33,966 bases of DNA, taken from Mesotaenium endlicherianum (lineage: Eukaryota). The DNA is taken from positions 258,349 through 292,314 of the forward strand of contig WELA01002751.1 of assembly GCA_009602735.1 (NCBI GenBank), in the 5' to 3' direction. Position numbers and translations under genes: made by a program. The notes beneath the pieces are model-generated. The model made no database searches. It saw only the letters and a list, made by a program, of their open reading frames with translations, and was not told the origin of the DNA. This document shows positions 21,913 to 33,817 of the stretch, piece by piece. Position 1 is the first letter of the stretch, and every line of letters begins with the position of its first letter.

Positions 21913-24752
21913 CTGACAGCTGTCAGCCGACTGTGCTAATCTGCCAGACCTGGTAGGCGTGAATGTAGGGTTGTGTCTTTTCTTGTGATATGAGGCTGCG
22001 TGACTGTCTACAGTTGTTGTGGTGCAAACAAACTTCGCCTCAGATAAGAGAGTCTGGATTAGGGACAGTCGGGCGGTGGAGACACTTTGAAGGGTGCCAA
22101 TATTTTTGCCTAGTCAAAAGTGTCTCTTGGTCAGCAGCATGAAGAGGTCGGTGCTGACGGTTCAGCTCACATGAAGTAACCAGGAGCCAATCCAATTTGT
22201 ACAAGGATGGAAGTCCTTGTAAGTGCGTGTTAGTCGCCATAAGCTTGGGAAAACATCTCGCAGCTTACTCAAACTTGACTGCTTGTGACTTCCTTGTGTG
22301 CTATTTAGTTTCACAAAGAACACAGTGAGCAGTTCAAAGCTCTGATCACGAAGACGATCAGCACCCCGAAGTAGCGGCTCATTTGGGGGCATGCCGGAGC
22401 TTTCGCTAGCCTCAGCCTCCTGATTCTCCTCTCCTTGCCACCTGGCAGTCCCGCATGCGCTGGTGCGACACCAAGTAGTGCTGCTGAGCATGGCCTCGTT
22501 ATGTGCGCCTCCCCTTTGTGCTTACTGACGCGCAAACGAAGCTTCTCAATTGGCCCCAATCTCTCGTCCCCCCCTCTTGCCCTCGCGCACACGTACATGC
22601 TGGCAAGGAAACTGACGAACAGCAGCATCCCTGGCTTGCCTGCTTGCCAGCTGGCGGCCAGTACCTCCCTCTTCTCACACATCCCCCCAGCTTCTTCTCC
22701 TTGCCCCAACCCGGCCTTCAAAGGGTACGCTTTTCCACTCAGATTCTGCTCAGGCGCCCCAACTGACTCTTCCTGGGGGTGTCCTCTTCCATGAGTTGAT
22801 TAAAGAGATCCAAAAAGGTTAAAAAAACTCAGCCATGGTTTCTTTCTCTCGTGCTTCAACAGAAAATTACTGGGTACAATAGCTCGTGCCCAAACTGAGG
22901 GAGGGAGGGACAGAGGGAGGGAGGGAGGGAGGGAGAGAGGGAGGAGGAGGGGCAGAAGGTTCCAAGGGGGCTTGGAGGGAGCTTTGAATGGCAAGATTTG
23001 CAGATGAATTAGGTTTCGCCAAGTTATTCTCAAACATGTCAAAGTTGCCTCTGAAATATCCCTCCCATTCTGCAACTCCAATTATAATGAGGGATTTGTT
23101 CCGGAGAGTGGTGAAGGCCTGGAGTTTGCTGCCAGGCGGGGGGTTACAGGTAGCAGGCGGCAGGTGGCAGAGGGAGATGAAGGTGGTGAATGGGGGAGCT
23201 GCATGGAGGCTGTCCGACCAGTGATGGGGGGCTTTCCCAGCCGCTGACGATCTGACAGGCGGGGTGTCAGGACCCTGCTCAGACGAGGTGTCCCTGTCAA
23301 CGATCCACAAGAGAGTGGTGAGCATGCATGAACCCTCCTTTGCTGCTTCTCTCTGTTCTAGTCTCCCCTGCACCTGGTGGTCCAGAGGCATATGTACTCT
23401 CCTTCACATGTCTAGCGTCTGGGTATTACCCCTGGTGCTTATGTGGGGGGGCTGTTGCTCAATTGCTCAAGAGAAGGACGAAAGGGCTCAAAATCTTCCT
23501 GACCCACGAAATGTGGCGGGCACGAATATACAACACCTTCTCGCACCGTTCCCTCAGTATAAACCTGCAGCTAATTAGTGATGCTATTCTGTCAAATGTT
23601 TCTCTTATCCCACTATCTCCTCCTTCCTTCTATGTTACTCTCGCCCGTGTCACTGTTACAAGATGCAAATTGATGGAAAGAAAATATTGACCAACTTTCA
23701 GTACAGGTTTTCTTTACGCCTTCATTTACTCCCTTAGGACCGGTTCATTCATGTCTCGCGAAACATAAAAGTTCATCCGGCCAACGGTTTGCAGGTACCG
23801 TCTTCTCCACGTTAGATTACTTACCGCTCATGAGATTTGACGCTTGCTTGCTAGAAGAAAACAGTGCAACTCGTCAGCAGGACTTGTAGTCCTGTGTCCA
23901 AGAAGAGAAAGGGCACCCAGTAAATTTACTACCAATAATTTGACACAATTTCACAACCTCTCCTAAATGTGCAAGAGAGCTGGGTTGTGTGAGTCTGAAG
24001 TCTCGAGCAGTCCGGTTCTTGCTGCTCTCACCACCGCAACTTAGTTTAATCACCACTTCCTGCATGCTGGCATTGCCTGGTTCGGGCTGGTGGTTCTCGA
24101 CTTTCCTCCTTTTCACCCTGTTTTCACCTTTCACCACTTTTCACACATTTTAGCAGTCTGCGACATGCCAGTTTGAGTACGGTATAGTCCACGGTGGACG
24201 GAACCCGTTGACTGTAACTTGTCACATATCGGCCCTCTCGGCACTCCGTGTGGTTGTCTGTGGTTGCTTCTTCTGAAGGACTTCTCGTGGCAGCTTGTGG
24301 TGCTCGAAAACTCGATGCCAATCCGATATCTGTACTTTCTGACAAGGCACCTCTGCCAGGGTCGCGCAGAAAGCGGAGCAAAGCTGCTGAAGCGACCTGA
24401 TAGGCAGGAACAAGCTCTCATATACCACGTGTTCATTTCCCCGAAGTACGACGGTCACTTGTACTTTTCGGAGCAGATTCATTTACCCAGTTTATCCCAG
24501 TTTCACCCAGTCTTGCTTGATCATGTTACCTCTGTATGCTTTGCCATTTCTACACCTTTCTAGTTGATCAGTCAACAGCTTGTAGAACGAATTATAAGTA
24601 GAAGAGCCGTGAGGGGTTGTGGAGGGGGAAAACTCCGTAAAGCAGACCTCTCTCCTGTTTTCAGGTTGCAGTTCTTGCTTTTATCTTTCATAGCCAGGAC
24701 AACTAGTCTCATACTTTGATGTCACCGAGCTGACAGTTATACCTCAGCAACC

Positions 24753-25943
24753 ATGTCATCTCAGCTGGCTTTTAGCACTTCGTCCCTCCTGTCGCAGTTT
24801 TCTTATCAATCCCCTGTTGATGCTTTGCCCAGAAGCTGCAGACCTTGCAGGGGCCCACAAAACTTTTCAGCGAAGAACCCAACCCCGTCCACTCTTTTGC
24901 AGTTACGTCTTCAAAAGGAGTTACGGCTTGGAAATACCTCAATTAAGACAAATCTTTCTCAACACGCGGGAACAAGTAGTACCATTTGGAAAGCTCCATT
25001 GACCACCTGCAGAGCCACTGAAGCTCCGCAACCAGAACCTGCTGCTCCTCAGCCAAAACGTCAACAGCAGTCACCTGACAGGGAAGCTTATTATGTAATT
25101 GAGAGGAAAAGTGAACAAGTTGAGCATCGGGAACGTGAGTTGGAAGATTTCCACGGTGGCAACGGAAGTGTTCAGGGGCCTCTCGGAATGGTAGAAGCGA
25201 AAGCCCAAGGTACTCCTCCTCGTGACAGCCGTAGGTCAGAAGGAGGGAGCAATCAGCACAGGCATGGTTTAGGGGTATCTGCAGGTGACAAGTGGAAGAC
25301 AGTCATTGCTTCCCTGGGCCAACAAATACTTCGTATTCCCTCTCTGCTCCCTCTTTCCACCTCGCTGACATGGCAACCAGCCAGGAAGGAGCTTCTGTCA
25401 GGCTTTGCGGCGGTCGGACTAGCCCTAGCCTTGATGACGTCAGCGCTGGACGCTGACGCCATTGTGGCGGCACCTCACCGGCAGCTCTCGGGCGACGAGC
25501 TGGCGACTGTGGAACTCTTCCAGGAGAACACACCCTCTGTGGTTTACATAACGAACTTAGCCGTCAGGTAGCTCCTCTTACACTCTCTGGGTTGAACTGG
25601 AAGCACACCGGGTGCACAGTGAGACCACCGAAGCCCACGGATGCATCACGGCTACATCACTTTTTCTCACTCCTGTTTGAGACTATGCTTGAGACTATGC
25701 ATGTAGCCTTTTGTTTCTTAGAAGGCGTGTTAGAAGGTGTGGCGTGTGCAGGCTGTGCAATTTGGTAGACATGGTTGCTACTCCTCTTCTTACCTGCACC
25801 TTCTCCTTGCGCGTTAGGTGCCGCGTGCCACAAGGGCAAGAACTCCGCATGCTTTTTCCTTTGGGGCCGTCTTGCAGGTGCTGAAGCGTGGCTTTAGGAC
25901 ACATTAGTTTGGTGCTTGACGGCCACAGTTCAGCGCGCACGTG

Positions 25944-25975
<32 letters not shown>

Positions 25976-28900
25976 CACACACACACACGTATGTGTGTGT
26001 GTGTGTATGAGTGTGCGCGTGTGTTTGGTAGTGGTAGTGTATATGGGAGAAAAGGAACGAGAGGCAAATTTGTTGGGGACATCTAAGAAGGTGTTTTAAC
26101 GTCTGTAAGAGCTCTGCACGACAGCCCTGTGACACGTGTCGGCCGGCAGTGTCTAGGTCCTAAGGAGAGCAGCCGTGCCGAGCGGCCGTGGGAGAATAGT
26201 GGAGGGGAGGGAAGGGAAGCGGAGGGAGAGCGGCAGGGCCATCAACAGAAAGTGGGTGACTGGAGACCAGCGGGGCGCAGACAACGCCTGAGCGGATGAG
26301 AGCGTGTTGGGGCAGGTGTGCTGTTTGCATGCGGTAAAGGGTGGCCTTTATAGGAAAAAACCTTCTTCTCTTCCAGCAAGCCCGGGGCGCGGATGGGAAT
26401 CTAGCTCGGCACAGGCCCCCCTTGAAGGGGCAGGCGGGGCACTTGCAACCGGGCTTGTTGCTCATGCCTTTGTGGCCTTCAGACCACAGCAGCAGCTCCA
26501 GCTCTTGCTTCCGGTCATTGGGGCCAATATTGGTCCGTCCCAAGAAGGGGAGGCGTCCCCTTGGCTCCCCATGCGAGTGGGTCACCCGGGGTCTCTGTTG
26601 TACGAGCACGATGCCACATGGCGGCTGCACCTTACGCGAGCTCTCTTTGCAACTGGCTCTTCTTTTTTCGGGGGGTTTTTGGGGGGGGGGGGCAGGAGGG
26701 ACGCGTTCACACTGGACGTGATGGCGGTGCCCCAGGGGTCAGGGTCGGGCTTCATTTGGGACAAGCGGGGGCACGTGGTGACCAACTATCACGTCATCCG
26801 CGGCGCGTCCGATCTCAGGTCGCCCCCCGCCTCCCCCTTCTGCTGCCTTGTGCTCTCACCACGAGTCCCCTCTCCTCACACCGAGGGGACTTGTTGTCTG
26901 CTGGGACCTCTGTCACGTCCCAGCCTGTTGTCGGTTTGGGAGCAGCCCCAGCTCCGCTTTGCGGGAACGTGTTGTCTGCTGGCCGGGACTTTCGCCTAGA
27001 CCTAGGATAGGTAGCTTTGTGAGTAGCTTCAGGTGTTGTGACGGGGGCGACCGACTCCTGACAGGTGCTCTGTCCGCCCCTTTTGCTTGCCTCTCCTCCT
27101 GGCTGGTGCTGCTGCGGCTGCTGCTGCGGGGAGAGCGAGGGAGCAGGGTGACGCTGCAGGACCAGTCCGTGTTCGAGGCCTCGGTGGTGGGCTTTGACGA
27201 GGACAAGGACGTGGCGGTGCTGCACATCGACGCGCCCGCCGAGCTCCTGCGGCCCATGCCCATCGGCAGCTCCGCCGACCTCCTGGTGGGCCAGAAGGTG
27301 TTTGCCATCGGCAACCCTGTAAGCGCGCCTCCCGCTTTGGCCCCACTCCTTCGGTGCTCAGATAGCCCCTATGGATCCGCTGGGCCCCCTTCTCAGGCCG
27401 GCAGACAGCAGTATGCTCCCTGGAGTGCAGCAACAGCAGAAGCTGGCAGGTGGCACTGCGTGCTGAGTTTCTAGACATGTGCGTGGAGAAGAACAAACGG
27501 TGGTCTACACGTGGCATGCCGGGGGGGGCTCTGGCAGCGCCACATGTGTATTCGCAGCAGGCCGTTGCTGTGCTGCCCACAAGCCTGACACGTGCGCCTG
27601 CTATGATGTTCGTGCTCTTACTACCTGCGCAGTTCGGGCTCGACCACACGCTGACAACTGGTGTCATCTCGGGCCTGCGGCGAGAGATCAGCTCGGCCGC
27701 CACTGGGCGGCCAATCCAGGACGTCATCCAGACTGACGCGGCCATCAACCCTGGCAACAGCGGGGGGCCGCTCCTTGACAGCGCCGGAAACCTGATCGGC
27801 ATCAACACAGCCATCTACTCGCCATCCGGCGCCTCCTCTGGAGTCGGATTCTCAATTCCCGTCGACACCGTATGACCTTACCCCCCCTCTCCCCCCCCCC
27901 ATTGCCCCCCAAAGAGAATCTGAAAGGAAAATGGAAGGGTGCAACAGAAGGACCTTCCATCCTCTCCCGCTATCTCTTCCTCAAAAGAGCTGCTATCTGA
28001 TGCAAGTTGTGATTGTTGACTCCACCTGTGGCTGAGGGTGGTGCCTCGTCGGCTCGACCCTGTGGACCCCCGGCCTTTCGGATGGGCTGAGGTCGGGGCG
28101 CGGGCCGTTGTGGGGGGAGAGCAGGTGAGCGGCATCGTAGAGCAGATAGTGAAGTACGGCAAGGTCACGCGGCCGGTGCTGGGCATCTCGTTCGCGCCCG
28201 AGCAGTCGGTGGAGCAGCTGGGCGTCAGCGGGGTGCTGGTCCTGGACGCGCCCCCCACGGGGCCTGCCGGCAAAGCGGTGGGTGACCTGACTCTCTCGCG
28301 CCCGCTAGCTCGCGAGCTCAGGCGCAGGCAGCTGAATGCTGGATGCACTGCCTGCTGCCATGACTGAGGGAGAAAGATTGACCGGCCTTCTACTTGGCTG
28401 CATGCATCCTTCACTTCCTCTTCTGACAGGAGCTCAGGCTCCCCCCCTCCCTCCCTCCCTCCCTCCGTCCGTCATCCTGCCTGCCTGCAGGCTATTCTAT
28501 CCCTCCTGTAAGCTCGTCTCTTCCCCACNTTCCTCTCCCTCCCTCTCTCTCTTGGGGGGAGCATCTCAGACTCATTGCGGTCTCTCTTGCGGCCTCGTCG
28601 CTGTGGAATTTGAGAGATGGCGAGGTACTTGGGCTGCGGGGCGCAGGGCTTGAAGCCGACGACGCGGGACAACTACGGGCGGCTGGTCCTGGGCGACATC
28701 ATCACGATGATCAACGGCCAGAAGGTGAAGAACGGCAGCGACCTGTACAAAATTCTTGACAAGTGCAACGTGGGGGACGTGGTACGTGTGCCCCCCACAC
28801 GCCCCCACTCTGGAGCTCCTCTCTCCTCGCTCTTCTTCTTTTCCGCATCTTTCATGCCAGGACGAGGTATGTGGTGCTTGTCTCTGTGGCTGACAACAGC

Positions 28901-29121
28901 CAGCTGGCAGCTCTTGTTGACACGTGGCACCTGCAGGCATGTGAGGCACCTGGCGGCATGTGATATCCCTGATGATAGTCTGGTCTTTGTGCTCGAGCGG
29001 ATGCGAGCTGACGATGACATCTTTCCGCACCCCTGTGTGTTACACCATGCAGGTGAGGGTCACGGTGCTCCGCGGAGAGTCAACCACCGACGTTAATGTT
29101 ACGTTAGAGCCCAAAGATTAG
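24753..29121 (+). CDS. DEGP1: Protease Do-like 1 (Deg1/DegP1), chloroplast thylakoid-lumen HtrA serine protease with one PDZ domain; 7 exons, 567 aa
   Basis: Exons 24753-25567, 26696-26818, 27147-27318, 27633-27869, 28125-28277, 28647-28781, 29053-29121 (TAG), all GT-AG and in frame (1704 nt). Catalytic triad motifs [36 protein letters not shown] and [27 protein letters not shown] are characteristic of plant Deg1. S-rich N-terminus followed by a hydrophobic stretch ending ALDADA (AxA lumenal cleavage-type site). Confidence 0.95.
25944..26024 (+). repeat. (CA)n followed by (TG)n: self-complementary microsatellite pair in Deg1 intron 1
   Basis: (CA)n at 25944-25988, short spacer, then (TG)n from 25992. 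Confidence 0.92.
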
Positions 29122-29854
29122 ACCAGCATACAAAGTAGGATTGCTTGATGCACGAAGACGCATAATTTTGTTGGTAGGTAAGAATTGCACATTGTGTTCT
29201 CAATGGCCTCAAGTGTGAGCAGCTCCCGCAAATTAATATATAGGAATTCATGCGACGCCAGGTTTTTTGCCACCGATTAATGCTAGTTTGTGCAGACGGA
29301 TTAATGGGTGCCCACCACCACGCTTAGGAACTCATGCTGCAGAAGAGAGCTTCACTACTGTTCTTTGTTTGTGTCCGTGCTGACGACCCTGCAGTGCTCA
29401 ACTTACTTGAGGCCGGTTAAGCCTTCACAACGTAGGACATTTGAGTTGGAAGAGACCTATGTGGCTATCTTGAACAGGTCATCTGCGGTGCAGGGCTATT
29501 GCAAGTCTTGTGTGAAGCCAAAAGGCACGTCCCATCAGCCGTACGTGTTCACATTCTTATAATGATCTCGTAGTCATGCAATATCCATCTCTACATCGGC
29601 TGTCGCCTGCAAACAATGTTTTTACTGGAATATTTTGACGTACATTGACATAAAAATATATACTCAGTAGCAAGTCTGTGTTTCTCCGCAATGCACAGTC
29701 GTTCATTTGGACTGGGAGGCTAGTAAGTCTGAGGTGAAAAATTATCAAGCTGGCAGCTCAACGGCCAATCTACGCCTTGTCCTTTGTACTTCTAGATCAG
29801 AGTGAAATGGCCCGACAACATCCCAGTTGGTTCACTCTGAGATTTACTCTGATC

Positions 29855-32800
29855 TCATCTCGCTTTCTCTGAAAGAGCAACTCTGAGCATGTCCTCGCCA
29901 CTTGTTATTTTTTCTCTTGGCTTGCCATTCAGCACCCCTCTCCTAACCTCCTCGGCGTCCACCTTCAGCCAGTCCTGAAAAGAAACAGCTGGCACGTTCT
30001 TATCATCGAGGAGGAGCTGCAAGCCTCGCGCCCCGTGAGCTGGAGAGGATCCAGGTGGCGGTAGGAGGTCCCGCTCCACGTCTTCTGCTATGCTTGCCAC
30101 CTGGCACATCAACAGCCACCGTCACATGAATTAGACGCTGCCTCCACATCTTCTGTGGCAGATGAAATACACTCCACTTGACAGCCCATGTCAGAAACTT
30201 GATAGCCTGCCTTTGTGTATCATCATTCTAAGAAGATTGCCATGCGATCACTCTAGAAATAGCCTTAGTATTAAGATGAATAGGTCTCGGGGAACGACAC
30301 GCACAAAGATGCCAAAAAGTGGACGTGACAGCGCCACAGTCCTTATTTTGGACGTCATTACCCCAAGACACGGTAGCACCAGAAGCGTTCAGCTGCAACA
30401 GCGCAAAGCAGAAGCTGTCCTGGGGGGCTGCCGACCAGCCAGGAAGGAGCGGAGGGCACAGGACTTGCCCCCAGCTGTATACAACCTCTCACCCCGACAA
30501 CTCAAACAGTCCGCCTCTCATCTCCACCGGGGCCTTACCGAAGGAGGTCCTAAGGGGGCACAATCTTTCACGCTCATCTGAAGGGGATCAGAAAGGCCAG
30601 CCGCTGGAATCTCTCGAGCGAGCGAGCGAGCAAGCCGAGTACCGTGTCCTCGGCGTCGATGAGGTTGGTGCCGATGATGCCGGTGGGGCCGCGCTTGAGC
30701 CACCCCACCACGTATAGCCCTCTCTTGACCGCCGCCGCCGCCGCCGCCGCCGCGCCACCGTCCTCGGAGCGGGGGGTCACCACTCGGCCGGACTCGTTGG
30801 GCACCACACCTGGCAGGGCAGCTCCCTCTCAATCCTTGCCTGAGTCTGTGAAATGGTGGACCCCTTACCCTTACAGCATGTAGCCCATGCACATAGTGGA
30901 AAACGAGCCCTGTGCACGAGGGGCACAGGAGCCGGCAAGTGGCGCCTGCAGACAAAGGCTCGTCACTTGAGGACATCAGCAAATGAGAAGGAGCGACAAT
31001 TTCGCAGATCGACAATGAGAACGTAAAAGACGCGCGAGCGCGCGCATACACGCACACCTACACACACACCTACACACACACACACAAAAACACACACAAG
31101 ACACGAGGGGCACGGCACAGCATCTCTCCACTGTAGCCCCTCCTGCAGCTCCTGGCAACGGCTCACCGCCTCCCTCCACCAGAGTGAGGATAGAAACTGC
31201 TGGCTGATTGGACCAAGTACGAACGCACTCACTCGCACGCGGCTGACTTAAGCTGCCTGACAGGCACCCCCAGATAGGAATTAACCGCTAGGACACAGGG
31301 TGCCGGGCTCTCAGGGTGGGCCAGTCCAGTGCAAGTAGTACTGACCTCGGCGCGAGTCGAAGGGCAGGCCCGGCACGGGCAGCGACTTGTACCCGATGCT
31401 GCGCAGCACCAAGCTGCCACCCCGCCACCTCGCGCACGCATGGGGGGGTGAAACACGAGCACTCGATTAGCCGGCATGACAAAAGGAGGAGAGAGAGAGG
31501 GCAGGAGAGTGAGGGAGACAGAAAGAGAGCGAGTGGGAGGCTCCACACACAAATGCACACACGTACGCGCATGCAAGCCCTGTGCCTCCCAAGAGGGGCA
31601 GCTGGCATGAGCAGGCAGCACCGTCTTGACAACAATGAGCGCTGCAGAGTTCTTCAAAGTGCACCATAACTTCCTCTCTGAGCCACTCTCGGCGCGTTCT
31701 CTGCCTATAACGACACCACACGCTGCCTTGAGAAGCGGCACAAGGCTCGGGCACAAGGAGCTTGCACCCCAGCTTTTCAGTCACCGTCCTCCGGCATCCG
31801 CCCCATCTCTCTGTCAGAGCCACCAGAGACCTCTGCTTGGGCTCTTGGTGCAAGCAGGCATAGGTCAGCCCGCGAGTTGAGCACAAGTCAAACGGTGGAG
31901 GGCGCACGACACCCTTGCACACACACACGCACATACACACACGCGCTCGGACAGACGCGAGCCAAAACAAGGCGGGACGAGCAGAGACCATCGGAGCAAG
32001 TGCTATTGCCACTGGTAGTGGGACACAGAAGCTGCTTCTGCGGCGGTGAGAGAGAGAGGGAGAGAGGGAGAAAGGGAGAGAGGGAGAGAGGGAGAGAGGG
32101 ATCGAGAGAAAGGAGACGCATATACCCAGCAGGCAGGTCTTCAATCTCGCCCACGCCCACAGCCTGCTGGGCCTGGCCCTGGCCTCCCCCTGCCAGGCAG
32201 TCTCGTTCCCATTCCACCACGAGCCCGGCAGACAAAGAGGCCCTCTCAGCATCTTGCTTTGCCACTTGGCAGTCACATGCACCCCCCATCTATCTGCCTG
32301 TCAGTCTGTTGGGCGCCAGGTGTTGCGATATGAAGAAGAATGCGCTGTTAACCCCTTGACACGTAAAAGAGCTGCCGCTTTCAAGGGCCTGGCCGTGAGG
32401 TGCAAGCCCTCTGCTGGCTGCAGCGATGGGTCGAGAGCTATGCTCCGACACGCTTTTCAAATGTCAAGCTAGCAAGATCATTACCCGTTGACCCTTTTCT
32501 TTAACAGATTGATCAGCGAAGGGGACGGCAACTGGCTCAGGCACGCACGTCAAAGATGGCCTATGATACAGGGCTACTAAATGCAAGCGGAGCCCTCGGC
32601 AGGACCAGGTTCTACATTGCACAGAATGACCCGCGGCCGGGCGTCAAGCCGCCAGACAGAGACCCGTTCTTGCTCACGAGCAGAGCCTGACAGCTGGCAG
32701 CAACGGGCTAGCTCCGGTACACGGACAGGACTCTGCAGCGCTCCTGTCGCTGAGCTGGCCAGTGATAGACGGCACGTGCACGCGGAGATGCTTGCGCCTC

Positions 32801-33817
32801 TCTTTACCTGCGCACACGCGCGCCTGCGTACATGTGTGCACGCATGCGTGCATGTGCGTAAGCCCATGTGCGCCCACGGGTATACGAGTGCGTCAGAGTC
32901 GACGGGCTCCCTCTCATACGTAGCCTAGCAAGAGCACACCAGGCAGCTTCTTGCGCCTGCAGGCCGAAGGCGCACAGCAAGAGTGGCAGCACAGGCGCGT
33001 CGGCGGCATGCCCTTCATGCGCCCCTCATTCTTATCACAGAGGCATTGCAGAAGCACGGAGGAGCAGCGCTCCACAACAAGCTTGCTGTCGTCACCGCTT
33101 GCAACAGGCATAAGGAAACAGACAGGATGGGCCGAGAGGAGGGGATGAGCAGGCGGCACACCCACCTTGCAGAACGGTCCTCTCCAGCCTCACGCCGCCC
33201 ACGCGCTCGGCGTCGTCCGGCCGGGGCAGGAACTCCACGGGCGTGCGGAAGAACTTGAACTCGACCTCGCGCGACGAGGCGCCGCCAGGTGGTGCGCCCT
33301 GGGCGGCCGCCTTCGTCAGGAGCTCAAAGACGCGCCTGTGGCTGCGGCTCAGCTTCATCTCCTCCTGCATGTGTGAGGCGCCACCGACCACTCAGAGTGG
33401 AGACCGAGCCCGGGGGGGGAGGACAAGGAGGGACCGTGGGCGGGAGCTTGTGTGGTGACGGCAGCGAAGTATATAAGGGTGGGGCACAGCCGGTGTGGCA
33501 AGTGGCGCTCTCACCTTGTCCACAGCACTCGTGTGCAGATCCTCCGCCCGCACGCTGACGTGCACTCCCTTGAGGCCTGCTTCTCCCCGCCCCCGCAGAC
33601 ACCCGCCCACATTCAGGCTAGCCAGCCTTCTGTTGCACTGGCACAGCAGGGTCCAACTGTCTGGGAGTCATCGGAGGGGAGGAGAGGGGAGGGGCGGGGC
33701 GAGGCAGACGCAAGAGGACAAGGAGAAGGAGAGGCGCGCGCACCGAGAAGCTCGCGCAGCTCCTTGGCCGTGCACGCCGCCTGCACCGGGCCCCTCCTCC
33801 CCACCACCACCACCCGC
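29855..33817 (-). CDS. MFDR: NADPH:adrenodoxin oxidoreductase (mitochondrial ferredoxin reductase), 3' part; upstream exons lie outside the window
   Basis: Exons 33817-33744 ([24 protein letters not shown]), 33576-33515, 33364-33166 ([25 protein letters not shown]), 32189-32126, 31413-31346 ([19 protein letters not shown]), 30809-30643 ([26 protein letters not shown]), 30100-29855 ([23 protein letters not shown]). All GT-AG and in frame; the motifs are typical of the FDXR/Arh1 family. Confidence 0.93.
30729..30754 (-). repeat. Coding (GCG)n repeat giving a poly-Ala tract in MFDR
   Basis: ccgccgccgccgccgccgccgccgcg on the + strand; the peptide reads [16 protein letters not shown]. Confidence 0.9.
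32048..32110 (+). repeat. GA/GGGAGAGA purine tract; CT-rich 5' end of an MFDR intron in transcript sense
   Basis: Directly visible. Confidence 0.9.

Noticed and set aside
24592..24598. TATA box for Deg1 (ttataag)
   Set aside because: Weak match and the transcription start is unknown, so it cannot be supported.
3564..33817. Functional gene cluster (ligase + protease + reductase)
   Set aside because: The products are expected in different compartments (cytosol/nucleus, thylakoid lumen, mitochondrion). There is no evidence beyond adjacency.
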